A DNA stretch of 64,000 bases from Octopus vulgaris (GCA_951406725.2 OX597819.1:77624001-77688000), one strand, 5' to 3'. Counted from the stretch's first letter, positions 41,596-55,653 are shown. Translations and numbers: made by a program. Notes: generated by a model from the sequence alone, not told the origin.

Positions 41596-42723
41596 GTGTG
41601 CATGTGTGTATTTACTCTATCTTTTAGTCCCTCATTTCCAAAAGCCGAGCACATTTCAGTAAAACTAATAAGGCTCCTATTGTTAAACAACAGGCGACTA
41701 AACTAGAAGAAAACTAAATTAACAATGCAACAAAAAATATTAGAAATCCTGAATTTTTACAAATTTGCTTTGTTATCAGAATCTTAATCCGAAGTTATTA
41801 CTTATATAACTTTATGAATACTGTGCCTTTATATTAATTTTACTCATCTGTTTATTTGGTTGTGTATGTATGTGTGTGTGTTTAAGCTTCTTTATTTTGA
41901 CCGTTCTTTGACTACATTTTATTGCTGCTCATTTGCATGTGTATGCATGTCTATGTAAGACGTGATTACGGAAATCAATTTATATATATGAAGCACACAT
42001 AGACACCCATATATATGTATGTATTTATATATATGTTTATATATATTTATAAATATGTATGTATTTATATATATGTTCGTTTTTATGTGAAGTTATAAAC
42101 CAGTGTCACTCCATAGTTTGTAGCAGAGTGCCATATTTAATTTTAACAAGGGAAAGGTGACAGAGATATCGAAGTTTCGGTTCGCAAGCCGTCATGTGTC
42201 TGTACATGCATATCTGATGGTATGATGTTTAATAAATTGGAACTACAAAGTCATTGTCGGCTTCTTCCTTATGGTTGTAATTGATGGTGTTACGGGCACG
42301 AGATTCACGACAGCTGAAGAAATGCTATGGTCATTGTATCGTTGCTGCAGAAACTTGAAGCCCTGTATGTGAGTCTCCATAACGGTACCATTCAATAAAT
42401 ATAATCCTTTGTTTCGACGATATTGTGGTCTACCTCTTTTGTTGACATACATGGTCTCTCTCTCCTCTCTCTCTCCCTCCCATCTCTCTCCCCCCTCTCC
42501 TCTCTCTCCATATGTGCGTGTGTGTCTGTCTGTCTGTGTGCATTGCTATAGATGTGATTTAACAAGGTTATATATTGTTTCACGATGCAAATATGTAATC
42601 TTGGTAGTAATTTGACGAAACATGTGTATGTTTTATAATGCATAAAATACCATATAGATTTTCTCTGTTTTAATACTATGTATGAATGTATATACATATG
42701 TACACACACGCACACACACACAG

Positions 42724-42759
<36 letters not shown>

Positions 42760-43149
42760 GTATGTATATAATTGAAGAAATAAATGTATGTATGTATATA
42801 TACGTGTAATATTATATCACCAACAAACCAAGTTTGAAAAGCATCAACTCATCAACTCTGTTAGCTGGGGCATAATTTTTAAAATGCCAGACATGAGAAT
42901 ACGCAAACAAATCCTCTATCTGCATTTGTAGACAGTCATCTAAGGGGTGCATCTAAGGGACAGTTCTGTGACTCGATGAATAAGACTGCGACTCGATGAA
43001 TAAAACTCTGTCATTGTTCCACATCTTACTTAACAACTGAGAAAAATGTTGCGGAAGACCGTAAAAACCGGAGGAGAGGGTTTAGTTGCTGCAGACCCCG
43101 TTCGATACCAGTAGTCTAAGAAAATAAGATCCAGAAGGAAGAAAAGAAC

Positions 43150-43470
43150 TTGGACCGAGTCTCTTTTTTTTGCTACACTGCGACCAAGGTAAATTAGTTT
43201 AAAGGCCAGTTCATCCCTCCTTAGGATTGTTATGGAGCGTTTCTTGATCTTATCATCAGTAGGAACTCTCACCTCTACTGCTCCGTACTTTTCCCCGCTG
43301 ACAACATATGTTTTGTTGCCCCAGATTGTTCTCAGGTTGTTTTCTATTTGCTGCTGTGTTGCCTGCACATCTTTTGATACTTTCTGTTTCTAAAGATTTG
43401 CATACTGCAGTTTTGAAATTCGTTTCTTGCAGGATAGGTTCTGGTACGGTTAAAGTAACATTTTGTTCAG
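43150..43470 (-). mobile_element. Possible LINE ORF1-like fragment
   Basis: Non-repetitive reading frame QQQIENNLRTIWGNKTYVVSGEKYGAVEVR. Family not recognised. Confidence 0.25.
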
Positions 43471-43482
43471 ACCTCTGAAGTA

Positions 43483-44058
43483 CAGTAATGCCTCGATATA
43501 CGTGTTAATTTGTTCCCGGAGACCGCTTGTATAGCGAAAACTCGTAAAGCAGAGCAATAATTTCTCATAGTAGCAATGTCATAAATCGTAATTCGTTCCC
43601 AGAAAAGTATTTTACCTAAAAATTTATAATACTCGTAAATAAATGGCAATAAAACAACAGTGGAATGTAAAGAATATTTTATGTAAAGTAAAAGGAATGT
43701 CAAGATCATTTATAATAAAAGAAATATTATTATTATAATAATCATTTTATGAATCAGTTTCATTCGCACTAGCCTCGCGCACACCATCACTTGTAGATGC
43801 GATCGCTGATTCACAAGTACTCGTAGACGGACTTGTAGATTTCTTTAAAAAAAAAAGTCTAGAGTTGTTTGCTTAGAAGAAGCTTTTATTCCGTCGCTAT
43901 ATGCAGCTGTATAGATGTGCCAGAACCAGTGTAGCTACATGTTGCGATGTTGCGATACACACAAAATGGTTGTTTAAACTTTTTGTATTTATTGTAAAAT
44001 AAAACCCGTAAGCCCGGGGTCTCGTTAAGCGGATCCTCGTAAAATGAGGTATTACTGT
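43483..44058. mobile_element. Tigger/pogo-like MITE
   Basis: TA-flanked imperfect TIRs cagtaatgcctcgatatacg / cgtaaaatgaggttattactg. No ORF. Confidence 0.75.
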
Positions 44059-44547
44059 ATACGTTTCGCTTTTTCTGACAATAAAATAATTTCTTTAATG
44101 ATGTGGCGATCTGACTTTAAAATAATTTCTCCTACATTCTGTTTTCATTTTTAGTATTGGCGGAGACGGAGGTGGGACGTGCAGGTGTGTTGAAAGAATA
44201 ATTTAATTTGTTTTTCTATTCTACCTTTTGTTGTTGTTGTTGCTGTTTTTGCTATTGTTGTTTTTGCTATACTTGTTTTTTACTGCTATTTTTGTTGTTG
44301 TTGACGTTTTAGTCGCCACTGGTGTTGCTAATGGTGATGGCGATTCGTTTTAAAAGCGGGAAAATTTCAAAAAGCCAACAAGCCTCAGGGGATGCTGGTT
44401 GCCTTAATAACAAATTGGAACAACAACGACGACGTCGAAGAAGAAGAAAGAGAAGAAGAAGAAGAAGAAGAAGAAGAAGAAGAAGAAGAAGAAGAAGAAG
44501 AAGAAGAAGATGAAGAAGAAGAAGAAGGAAAATAATAATAATAAACA

Positions 44548-44735
44548 TCTTTTTTTACTATAGGCACAAGGGGGAGGGGTAAGTCGATCATATTGGCCCA
44601 GTGATCGACTGGTACTTATTTCATCGATCCTGGAAGAATGAAAGGCAAAATCAACCTCATCGGAATTTGAACACTGAACATAAAGACAGGTGAAATATTT
44701 GCTAAGAATTTTGCCTGGCGAGTTTACGATTACGC
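44548..44735 (-). mobile_element. SINE family A (diverged) between TAA runs
   Basis: Reverse-complement match to family A. Confidence 0.75.
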
Positions 44736-44800
<65 letters not shown>

Positions 44801-45317
44801 GCCCTGAATCTGTATCAGGCAGTGGCTCTCATGGCTTTTGATCTTAACTGATTGGAGGTTTTTCTGCTCAATACCACAGATATGCTTGTCTGATGTTTGA
44901 CCTTAACCAGTTGAGCATGTCCCATAGCGGCTAAAGATATGTGCATCTCTGATCACGATCAGAAGTAGTGGCGGGGGCGCATCATAGCCATGTGTTGAGA
45001 GGAATTCTTTGGGGTTTGGATAATTCCCCTTTAGAAACATAGGTGTTTCGTTCAACATCCTTAAACAACTCTTATTCGGGGACCTTTCGAGGGGGTAGGC
45101 TACTCGACCTAAAGAAAATTCTAACTGGGCTCCCACCTGCAAGGTCGTGCGCTGTTAATCTTGATATATCACCATGTTGCGCACATATAGTTGTGATGTA
45201 TGTGGCTGGTGTACCCTTATCAGACGGGTAGTCATGATGTGTAGGTATACTGGGCTTAGTATATTTTACCTCTCACTCAATAATAATAATCATTATCATT
45301 GAGTGCTCTCTCACTCA
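44801..45317 (+). mobile_element. Non-coding element inserted in (TAA)n
   Basis: About 480 bp of complex sequence bounded by long TAA arrays on both sides. Terminus ctctcactc-aataat is duplicated. Confidence 0.55.
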
Positions 45318-45356
45318 ATAATGATAATAATAATAATGATGATAATAATAATGATG

Positions 45357-45405
<49 letters not shown>

Positions 45406-45437
45406 TGATAATAATAATAATAATAATGATAATAATA

Positions 45438-45468
<31 letters not shown>

Positions 45469-45524
45469 TAATGATAATAATAATAATGGCAATGATAATA
45501 ATAATATTGATAATGATAATAATA

Positions 45525-45573
<49 letters not shown>

Positions 45574-45617
45574 TGATAATAATGATGATAATAATGATGA
45601 TAATAATGATGATAATA

Positions 45618-45697
<80 letters not shown>

Positions 45698-45745
45698 GGT
45701 GGTGGTGGTGGTGGTGGTGGTGATGATGATGATAACGATGATGAT
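45318..45745. repeat. (TAA/TGA)n grading into (TGA)n and (TGG)n
   Basis: Read directly from the sequence. Confidence 0.95.
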
Positions 45746-46183
45746 TCCTATCATAGGAACAAACCCTCAAATATTTGTGTGGAAATAATTAGTTGTTTAA
45801 TTGTTTTTTAAGTGTGGCATCAGTAATAGCAGAGCCTGGTCGAAACTTCGAAGTTGATGGACAAGATCACCTTGCCTGCGATCCCTGAAGCAGACAAAGA
45901 CACTGAGTTGTCCATTTCTCTTGGCCATGGGAAAAGAGAAGCGGACAGCGGTGAAAGAGGGGTGGAAATGCAGGATGAGAATGACCTACGGTAGAAACGA
46001 CAGCAGCAAGCCCCAAATTCCATAACTGGGCCATTGCAGAAAGTACTTGCCGAAGGTGCTCTGCAGTGGGACCGAACATGGAACCACATGACTTCGGAGC
46101 GAATTTCTTTACCTCACGATTATTCTTGCGACTAAATCTAGGGTATGAAAGGAATTCGATTTAACAGCCAATATTAACGATGT

Positions 46184-46414
46184 GAAGGGCAGCGATCTGG
46201 CAGAGCCACTAGCACGCTGAATCACATGTTTAGCAGCATTTCTTCTGGTTTAACGTTCTGAGTTCAAAATCCGCCGAGATCGACTTTGCCTTTCATTCTT
46301 TCGGGGATCAAAGAAATGAATACCAGTAGAGCACTGGCGATTAATGTAATCGACAAAAACCTCTCCCCCCACCCCAACAAATTCCAGGTCTTGCGCCTAT
46401 AGGAGAAAGGATTA
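46184..46414 (+). mobile_element. SINE family A (diverged)
   Basis: B box and central core recognisable. Confidence 0.75.
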
Positions 46415-46500
46415 TGGACGATTTGAACGAGCATTTGCAGGGCCTTCTCTCGTCTGTTAGCAGGTCTCCACTCAAAGTTTATCGAAGGAGGGGAGGATAT

Positions 46501-46960
46501 CCATCACCACCACCATCACCATCGTTATCGTCGTCATCATCATCATCGCCATCATTATCATCGTCGTCGTTGTATTATCATCATCATATCACCACCACCA
46601 TTATCATCATCATCATCGTCGTCGTCATCATTATCATCGTCGTCTTCGTCGTGGTCGTCATCATCATCATCATCATACCACCACCACCACCATCATCACC
46701 ACAACCACCACCACCACCACCACCATCATCACCACCACCATCATCACCACCACCATCATCACCACCACCTCCACCACCACCACCACCACCACCACCACCA
46801 CCACCACCACCACCACCACCACCACCATCATCGTCACCACCACCACCACCACCACCACCACCACCACCACCACCACCATCACCATCATCACCATCATCAC
46901 CACCATCATCATCATCATCATCAAAATCACCATCGGCAGCAGCGACAATAACAACAGCAA
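46501..46960. repeat. (ATC/GTC)n and (ACC)n trinucleotide array
   Basis: Read directly from the sequence. Confidence 0.95.
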
Positions 46961-47474
46961 TAAAAAATAAAACAACAAATAATAAGCCAAATACTAGGGT
47001 CTTGTACGTACGAAAGAAATCCATTATTACTTTCTATCTTTGTCACCTGCCTTTTTTCTTTCTGGTCAGTTTCTGATACTATACAGCTGTTTTGATACTA
47101 TTCAACTAGGTTTTTGATGCTATACAGCCGGTTGTGTAACATTTAATAAATGGGCCGCTAATCGCACGTCACTTAGCCGTCTTCCACAGCACCACAACTA
47201 ACTAAATAAGTGAGAAAAAGGGAGGAAAAAAAAAGAAAAGAAAGGAAGAAACTATGAAGAACGGAGATAAGATCCAATGTCACGTGAAGGTCATAATATA
47301 TACACACACATATGCACACATGCACACGCACATACACACACACACGCACACGCACATATATACACTCAGAGAGAGAGAGAGAGAGGGGGGAAGGCTGTCT
47401 CTTATAACAAGACTGATATCACCTTCAGACGTGTGTTAGTGTTTGTGTATATATGTGTATATGTTTATGTGTAT

Positions 47475-47519
<45 letters not shown>

Positions 47520-47651
47520 TGTGTGTAGGAGTAGGTGGTAGAAGAAAAGTTGGGAATGTACCTAATAGCAACAATGCCAATGTTAACATCAACACCACCA
47601 CCGACTTCATCATCAACGTCTCCCTCGCTCTTTTATCGCCACAAGCGCGAC

Positions 47652-47788
47652 TATCATCATCATCATCATCGTCATCGTGATCCTCATCATCGTCATCGTC
47701 GTCATTATCATCATCGTCATCATCGTCATCATCATCATCGTCATCGTCATCATCATCATCATTATCATCATCGTGATCGTCATCATCG

Positions 47789-47835
<47 letters not shown>

Positions 47836-48450
47836 GTCGTCGCCGTTGCCGTCGTCGTTGTCATCGTCATCATCATCATTATCATCATCGTGATCGTCGT
47901 CGTCATCATCGTCATCGTCATCATCGTCGTCGCCATCGCCGTCGTTGTTGTCATCGTCGTCGTTGTCATCGTCATCGTCATTATCATCGTCGTGATCGTT
48001 GTCGCTATCATCATCATCACCATCGTCGTCGTCATCTTCGTCATCATCATCGTCGTCGTCATCGTCATCGTCGTCGTCATCGTCGTCGTCGTTGTCATCG
48101 TCGTCGTCGTTGTCATCGTCGTCGTCGTCGTCGTCGTCGTTGTCATCGTCATGGTCGTTGTTATCGTCATCATCACCATCGTCGTCATCATCATCATAAT
48201 CATTTTATCAACCATCGGGATGACCGCCACCATCAACTACCTCCACCATCACTAATGTCGCCCTCACCAAGACAATCACCATCAGTAACCTACAACCTAT
48301 ATCATGACCACCACATCTCCATCACGATCACTACAACCGCCGCGGATAAAGGCACTGAAACCACCACTCACTCCATCACCACCACCATCACTTACATCAT
48401 CATGATCACCATTACATTCACCATCACCACCATCATCTCCCCACCATCGC
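47652..48450. repeat. (ATC/GTC)n cryptic trinucleotide array
   Basis: Read directly from the sequence. Confidence 0.92.
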
Positions 48451-48631
48451 ACCGAAGTACAATGACCGTCACCAAACCTCCACCCCTTATTTTTCCAGCT
48501 TCAAGGGAAAGTTGTACAAGTTAGAATAAGAGCTAGCTATAAATGAAGAAGTTTGCCCCTGTACTAATTACGGCAATGGTGAGAAGTACTTCATACCCAA
48601 CAAAACAGCAGGTATGCTAATTAAGTTAATT

Positions 48632-48764
48632 AGGCATAGGTATGTGGTAAGTAGTTTGCTTCCCAATCATGTGACACCTTGGCAAAATGTCTTCTGTGGT
48701 AGCATTGGGCCAACGAAAGTCTTGTGAGTGGATTTGGCAGACGGAAACTGAAAGAAGCCCCTTG

Positions 48765-48839
<75 letters not shown>

Positions 48840-48840
48840 A

Positions 48841-48892
<52 letters not shown>

Positions 48893-49125
48893 TATGTGTG
48901 CGTGCGTGCGCGCGCGTGTGTGTATTTAAGCTTGTGTTTGTTCTTCACCACTGCTTGACAACTGGTGTTGGTTTGTTTACGTCACCGTAACATAGCGGTT
49001 CGGCAAAAATGACCGATAAAATAAGAACCAAGCTCAAAACAAAGATACTGCAGTTGATCCACTCAGCTAGAATTCTTCAAGATGGTGCTCAGCCATGGCA
49101 GCAGTCTAATGACTGAAACAAGTAA
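48632..49125 (+). mobile_element. SINE family B with internal (TCTA)n/(TCTG)n
   Basis: Both modules present. Confidence 0.8.
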
Positions 49126-49684
49126 AAAAAAAAAAAACAGAAGATAGAAAATAGTAAGTGTAGTCACGAAAATAAATACTACCTGGCTAATTTTTCAATA
49201 AAACTATCTTGATTGAAACACTGAATGCTAAAGAGGACTATTATCTACAGTTTTGAGGGTACTAAAACTGCAGATTACCTGTAGGCAAGACAAACTGGAA
49301 GTCAAGATAATGAAGACCTAAAAATGCAGATAAGCCTGAAGCTTACTGAGTTATTTTTGCAGTTATTCCTTTGTTAATGAATTTATGCTGTATTGTTCAG
49401 AACTATTAATAATATATAGCTGCTGTATGTTTGAATTTAATGGTAATTTGTTACTGTTCTTTACTATAGTGTACTCACATCCAAAGATAATAAATTCGAA
49501 TATCACAGAAATTTCAACTCCATAACATGTTTCTACGTCTTGTGCCGTACGTGAGTGCTATAAATTCAACTTCGTTCCGATTTTTATGCATACTACCCGG
49601 CTGATGAAGTTGCTACATGTGTTTGTGTCACAGCGTAGCTATACAACCAACGACTAGTCACATACGGATTCCAGTATCTTATAT

Positions 49685-49888
49685 TTACTCTTTTACTTGT
49701 TTCAGTTATTTGACTGCGGCCATGCTGGAGCACCGCCTTTAGTCGAGCAAATCGACCTCGGGACTTATTCTTTGTAAGCCCAGTACTTATTCTATCGGTC
49801 TCTTTTGCCGAACCGCTAAGTGACGGGGACGTAAACACACCAGCATCGGTTGTCAAGCAATGCTAGAGGGACAAACACAGACACAAAA

Positions 49889-49953
<65 letters not shown>

Positions 49954-50116
49954 TACGACAGGCTTTTTTCAGTTTCCGTCTACCAAATCCACTCACAAGG
50001 CTTTGGTCGGCCCGAGGCTATAGCAGAAGACACTTGCCCAAGATGCCACGCAGTGGGACTGAACCCGGAACCATGTGGTTGGTTAGCAAGCTACTTACCA
50101 CACAGCCACTCCTGCG
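49685..50116 (-). mobile_element. SINE family B, full-length well-preserved copy
   Basis: A box tggctgtgtgg, B box gggttcagtccc, ggcatcttgggcaagtg (CORE-like start), internal (TA)(TG)n, and 3' module. Confidence 0.92.
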
Positions 50117-50124
50117 ATTATTAT

Positions 50125-50690
50125 TATTTTTTTATCTGTTTCATTCACCAGACTGCAGCCATGCAGGATCACCGCCTTGAATTTTTTTTTTTTAGTCGAG
50201 TAACTCTACTTCAGTACCTATCTTTTTAAAGCTTGGTGTTTATTCTATCATTCTCCAATGCTGAATCGCTAAGTTTAGCGTACATAAACAAACCAACACC
50301 TGTTGTCAAGCGGTGTTAGATGACACACATAACACACACACATGACGGGTTTCTTTCAGTTTCTGTCTATCAAATCTACTCACAGGGATTTGGTTGCCCC
50401 GAGGCTATAGTGGAAGACACTTGCCCGAGGTGCCTCATTGAACCCCTGAACCATGTTGTTGGCAAGCAAGCTTCTTTTTTTTCTTTATTGCCCACAAGGG
50501 GCTAAACATAGAGGGGACAAACAAGGATAGACAAAGGAATTAAGTCGATAACATCGACCCCAGTGCGTAACTGAAACTTAATTTATCGATCCCGAAAGGA
50601 TGAAAGGCTAAGTCGAACATAACGGCAGACGAAATACGGCTACGCATTTCGCCCGGCGTGTTAACGTTTCTGCCAGCTCGCCGCCTTTAC
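50125..50690 (-). mobile_element. Older SINE family B copy with a SINE family A copy (50480-50687) nested in its head
   Basis: The family B head resumes after the insert (ctacacagctgcgcctgcgc). Confidence 0.7.
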
Positions 50691-51368
50691 TACACAGCTG
50701 CGCCTGCGCTTCTATTTTCATTTTAAGCTATATATCACGGGTATTTTTTTAATTTTGCTAGGTTGCATAATTGTCTGCTGATTCACTTATTAGTTTAAAC
50801 TTCAAGCTTATTGAATTCCAGGCAAGAATACTGATATAAGAATACATTCAAGCTGCATATTTCAGATGCCAATGATAAGTATGCATATTGTTTAGCAGCA
50901 TTTCATCCATCTTTACATTCCGAGTGCAAATTCCACCGAGATCGACTTTGCTTTCATCCTGCAGTGATCGATTTAATCGACTTACCCCTCCCCCGGAAAT
51001 TCTTGGCCTTGTGTCAAAATTTGAAACCATTATTATTGCTGTCGGTATTATTGTTGATAACGCGTTTCTATTACCAGTCGTGTATATATAAACTCGCATG
51101 CACATTGTTTTATATATATATATAAAACAAATATATATAAATTACAAATTGAGATAGGGGTTGTGAGTGTAACCCACTATGGGATAATATATATCCAATA
51201 TACTGCCAGTAAGGCACCCAATAAAGTTAATACATAAATGTTAAGAATTGCGATGCAATTAATTCATTTATTGTATTATATGGACGAAGGTAAAATGTTT
51301 TACCACAAATTAATAATACAAAATAAGAAAATGGAGGAATTTTCTTATTTTGCATTATAAATATATAT

Positions 51369-51667
51369 ATGGCGCAATGGCCCAGGGGTTAGGGCAGCGG
51401 ACTCGCGGATACAGGATCGCGGTTTCGATTCCCAGACCGGGCGTTGTATGTGTTTATTGAGCGAAAACACCTAAAAGCTCCACAAGGCTCCGGCAGGGGG
51501 TGGTGTACTCTTTCGCCGCAACTTTCTCTCAATCTTTCTTCTGTTGGCCTGCTCGCTTAGCCGGCGGGGTGGCGTCATTTGAAGGCTAAAACAATGCAAA
51601 GCGCATTGTGACCAGCGATGTGTAGCAACATCTGATGGCCTGGTCGGTCACGGTGATCACGGTGATA
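51369..51667 (+). mobile_element. SINE with head type C and a third body type
   Basis: Head nearly identical to 821-1000. Body ctgttggcctgctcgcttagcc...ggtcacggtgatcacggtga is unrelated to the other two. Confidence 0.85.
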
Positions 51668-51689
51668 TATATATATATATATATATATA

Positions 51690-52400
51690 CATTCTTTTAT
51701 GCTTTTACTTGTTTCAGTCATTTGTCTGCGGCCATGCTTGGGCACCATCTTTAGTCGAACAAATCGACCCTGGACTTATTCTTTGTAAGCCAAGTACTTA
51801 TTCTATCGGTCTCTTTTGCCAAACCATTTAGTGGCGGGGACGTAAACACACCAACACCGGTTGTCAAGCGATGGTAGAACAAACAGATACACATACACAA
51901 ATATATACATATACATATGTATATATTGGTATATATATATATATATACAACAGGCTTCTTTCAGTTTCCGTCTACCAGATCCTCTCACAAGGCTTTGGTC
52001 AACCCGAGGCTATAGTAGGAGACACTTGCCTAAAGTAGTATACAGTAGCACTGAAGGCGCAGGTGTGGCTGTATGGTAAGAATATTGCTTCCCGACCACA
52101 TGGTACCGGGTTCAGTCCCACTGCGTGGCTCCTTGGGCAAGCGTCTTCAACTATAGCCTTGGGCTAACCAAAGCCTTGAGAGTAGATTTGGTAGACGTGT
52201 TTATCTCCCCATCATCGCTTGACAACCGGTGTTGGTGTGTTTATGTCCCCGTATCTTAACGGTTCGTCAGAGAGACTGATAGAATAAGTACTAGGCTTTA
52301 AAAAAATAAGTCCTGGGGTCGAATTGTTCGACAAAAACAATTCAAGACGGTGTTCCTGCATGGCCGCAATCAAATGACTTAAAGAAACGAAAGAATGAAA
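51690..52400. mobile_element. Head-to-head SINE family B pair (51690-52050 minus, 52055-52400 plus)
   Basis: Family B modules in opposite orientations. Confidence 0.8.
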
Positions 52401-53009
52401 GAATATATATGTATGTATGTATGTATGTATGAATGTATGTATACACACGCGCATACTTTTACACACTTTTGAATGATTGAACGTAAAATGACGCATAAAA
52501 TCGTGTCTTTTGGGTAGACATTGAAATGCTTTGAAGAGGAAGCAATAATAAAAGCCATAAAATTAAACGGACACACTGAAAACTTCCACTAGAGAGGTAC
52601 GAAAGAAGAAGACGAAGTGAAAGAATTAGGAGAGGAGGAGGAAGAGGAGGAGTGAATGTGCAAAATGCAAAAGAGGAGGAAAGAGAAAATGAAAGAGAGA
52701 GATAAAGAGCGTGATCAGTGAATGTATTATTATAATTATAATAATAATTATTATTATTATTACTATTATTATTATTATTATTAATGATAATAATAATAAT
52801 AACAACAATAAAATATAATGATAAAATGAATAAGAGCAATAAACAAACAGTTGTAATAACAATAACAACAGCAACAGTAATAGCTAAAACATTAAAGTGT
52901 GATAAAAAAAAAAAAACCAGGAATAAGGAACTAATGTTAAGCAATTAATGTTCCCTTGGTGATGACCTTTTGTTTCATCTGACCTCGAAAGCTCATCTGA
53001 ATCACTGGA

Positions 53010-53069
<60 letters not shown>

Positions 53070-53301
53070 TAAATATACATATATATATACATATATATAC
53101 ATACATACATATATACGGTGTGTGTGTAGTCTGGCGCTGGTGGTATATGTTGGTTATGGTTTATTATAAAACAACATTTGTTCATACAGTCCATTTATCA
53201 TTTTGTCTTCGCTCGTCTGACCGTTACATTCAACGACCAACTCATTCAGTGAGACATGTCAACTATTCATGCAGAAATACCCATCTCATCTCTCTCTCCC
53301 G

Positions 53302-53340
<39 letters not shown>

Positions 53341-54050
53341 CCATCTCTCTCTCTCTCTCTCACTCTCTCTCTCTCTGACCTTATTTATTCTTGTCTGTCT
53401 CTTTCTTCACTCTGTCGCACTCATCATTCTCTGTTTTCCTTTTCCTTCTCTTCTTATATTCTCTCTCTTTTCACCTCTCCCTCGATCCCTTTCAAACATA
53501 GACACACACACACACACACACACACATAAAGACTCTCTCTCTCCCTCCTTCCCTCTCTCTTCTCTCTCCCTCCTCTCTCTCCCTCTCCCTCTCTCTCTCT
53601 GTTTCCCTCTCTTGCTGAGAATACATTGAGAAGAAATTCATGTCTGAGCAGATGATACTGTAATGATTGTGAGGTGACACTGTGGGTCTGATTGAATGTA
53701 AACACACACACACACATACACACACACACACACACACATACACAAACACACACACACATATACACAAACACACACACACAAAGACACAGTTACAACAAAA
53801 GATATGTCGCATGCACCACCTCCTTGTCATTCTTAGAGTTATTTCCCAACCGTCTCTTTTTATGCTTCTCTCACAACCAATCTCTCTCTCCTCGCTTTCA
53901 TTCTTTCTTTCTCTCTTTCTCACTCATAGACTTAATGTACACGTGTTACTCCTGTATCACTGTTTCTTTTTGTCATCTCCCATTTCTCTGCTTCGATCTT
54001 TCCCCTTTATTCCTTTTTCGTCATTTCTTTTACATTATATACAAACCCCT

Positions 54051-54096
<46 letters not shown>

Positions 54097-54459
54097 GGTA
54101 CACATACGACTGCGAGCAGACGACATCATATGATCGTATGTGCACATAATTATATACTGTCGTCTGCCCAGTCAAACTTCCGCTTTCACAAAGCTGCTTC
54201 TGCATGGTGATGGGGGTAAATAAAAACAGAATATGTTGGGATGTCATGAATCCAATCCAATTTATGTGGACGCAGACCATTCCAAGCCGATCAATTCTTG
54301 TGACTAACATTATTTCTGTCTGTGCGTTTGCAACATTTGCAATAGGAGAGCGGTGTTTTATGGAATTGAAGAACTGAAGAATTACATTTAAATGAAAAAT
54401 ATCTTTACATTAATACATTAATAACTACACAGATTGTTACAAAAAGTGAACGAGCAAGC

Positions 54460-54494
<35 letters not shown>

Positions 54495-55604
54495 TGTGTG
54501 TGTGTGAGAGAGAGTGTGTGAGAGAGAGTGTGTGTGTGAGAGAGAGTGTGTGAGAGAGAGAAAGAGAAGGAAGGAGAGAATTATGGGATATTAAATTATT
54601 AAACATTATCTATATTTCAATCTAGTTTTATTAATTAATATCTCGGTAATATTATTTTTCAGTTTATTTAGGCAATAAAAGAATTCGAAATAATAAATGC
54701 AGGACCTGAGGAATAACCAGACATTACAAACAACATTATTTGAAAATTGATAAAGTAAGAGAACTGCGGTGATAGCGGTTGTGGTAGTAAAACTGTTGGT
54801 GGCAAGTAAAACGACGTTGTTGAAGGATAGCTATTGTATTCGTTTATTCATATAGACGCATTTATTAACCGTCTGTCCCCAAATTGCAGGTAAGCGCTCG
54901 AGCTCTTACTTTGACTGTTGCCCTTTCAACCCGTTTGACCCGCTCGAATGGCCTGATTCGACAAAATGCGGTGATCAAAAAGCCACAAGGTCTTCTGAGA
55001 TTGGTCAAAACAGTGCTCCAGTTGCGACTTAAGTCCAGCAGAACATCAGCTCGTTATGCTACACTGGACTTCCTCTTTCATCTCGCTTACAATAAGAACA
55101 GGTTCAACGCGTCAAAACATCCCCCACTCCAACTTACATCCCCAACCCTGATCTCTGCTACCACTCTCTTCTCCATTTCAGCCTCACAACCGCCATCTTC
55201 GTCAAAGCAGAATCATGGTGTAGGGGTGAGGAAAAAGAGATAAACGACTGATATATGGCTTTGCAGTTAGATGAACGTTGGAGGAGGAAGGTAGACGGAT
55301 GAGGGGTGAGTTAATAGGAAAGAAACAGGTGTAGGTTGTTAGGTGAGAGTGAGGGAATGAGTAAGTGATAGCGAAAGATTAAGATTGATACAGTGAGAAG
55401 GAGAGAGCAGGAGAGAGAGAAAGAGAGAAGAGGGGAGAGAGAGAGCGAGAGAGAGAGAATAAGCAAAGAGTGGTAAAGGCAACGACCGAGATAAATGGGT
55501 TACAGAGCTGATTGAAGAGACACAGAGAAATGGGTAGATACATGGGTAGAATATAACAGGGATGAATAGATAGCTAATAGATAGATAGATAGATAGAGAG
55601 AGGG

Positions 55605-55653
<49 letters not shown>

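Noticed and set aside
42250-42373. Possible plus-strand exon VIVGFFLMVVIDG... ending near gtgagt
   Set aside because: No polypyrimidine acceptor, no recognisable protein, and no partner exons.
43235-43262. CTGATGA...GAAAC on the minus strand
   Set aside because: Stem II does not pair and there is no valid stem III/NUH; lies inside a reading frame.
46414-48524. Pro-rich 220 aa and His/Arg-rich 329 aa ORFs
   Set aside because: Simple-repeat translations with no domain content or splice evidence.
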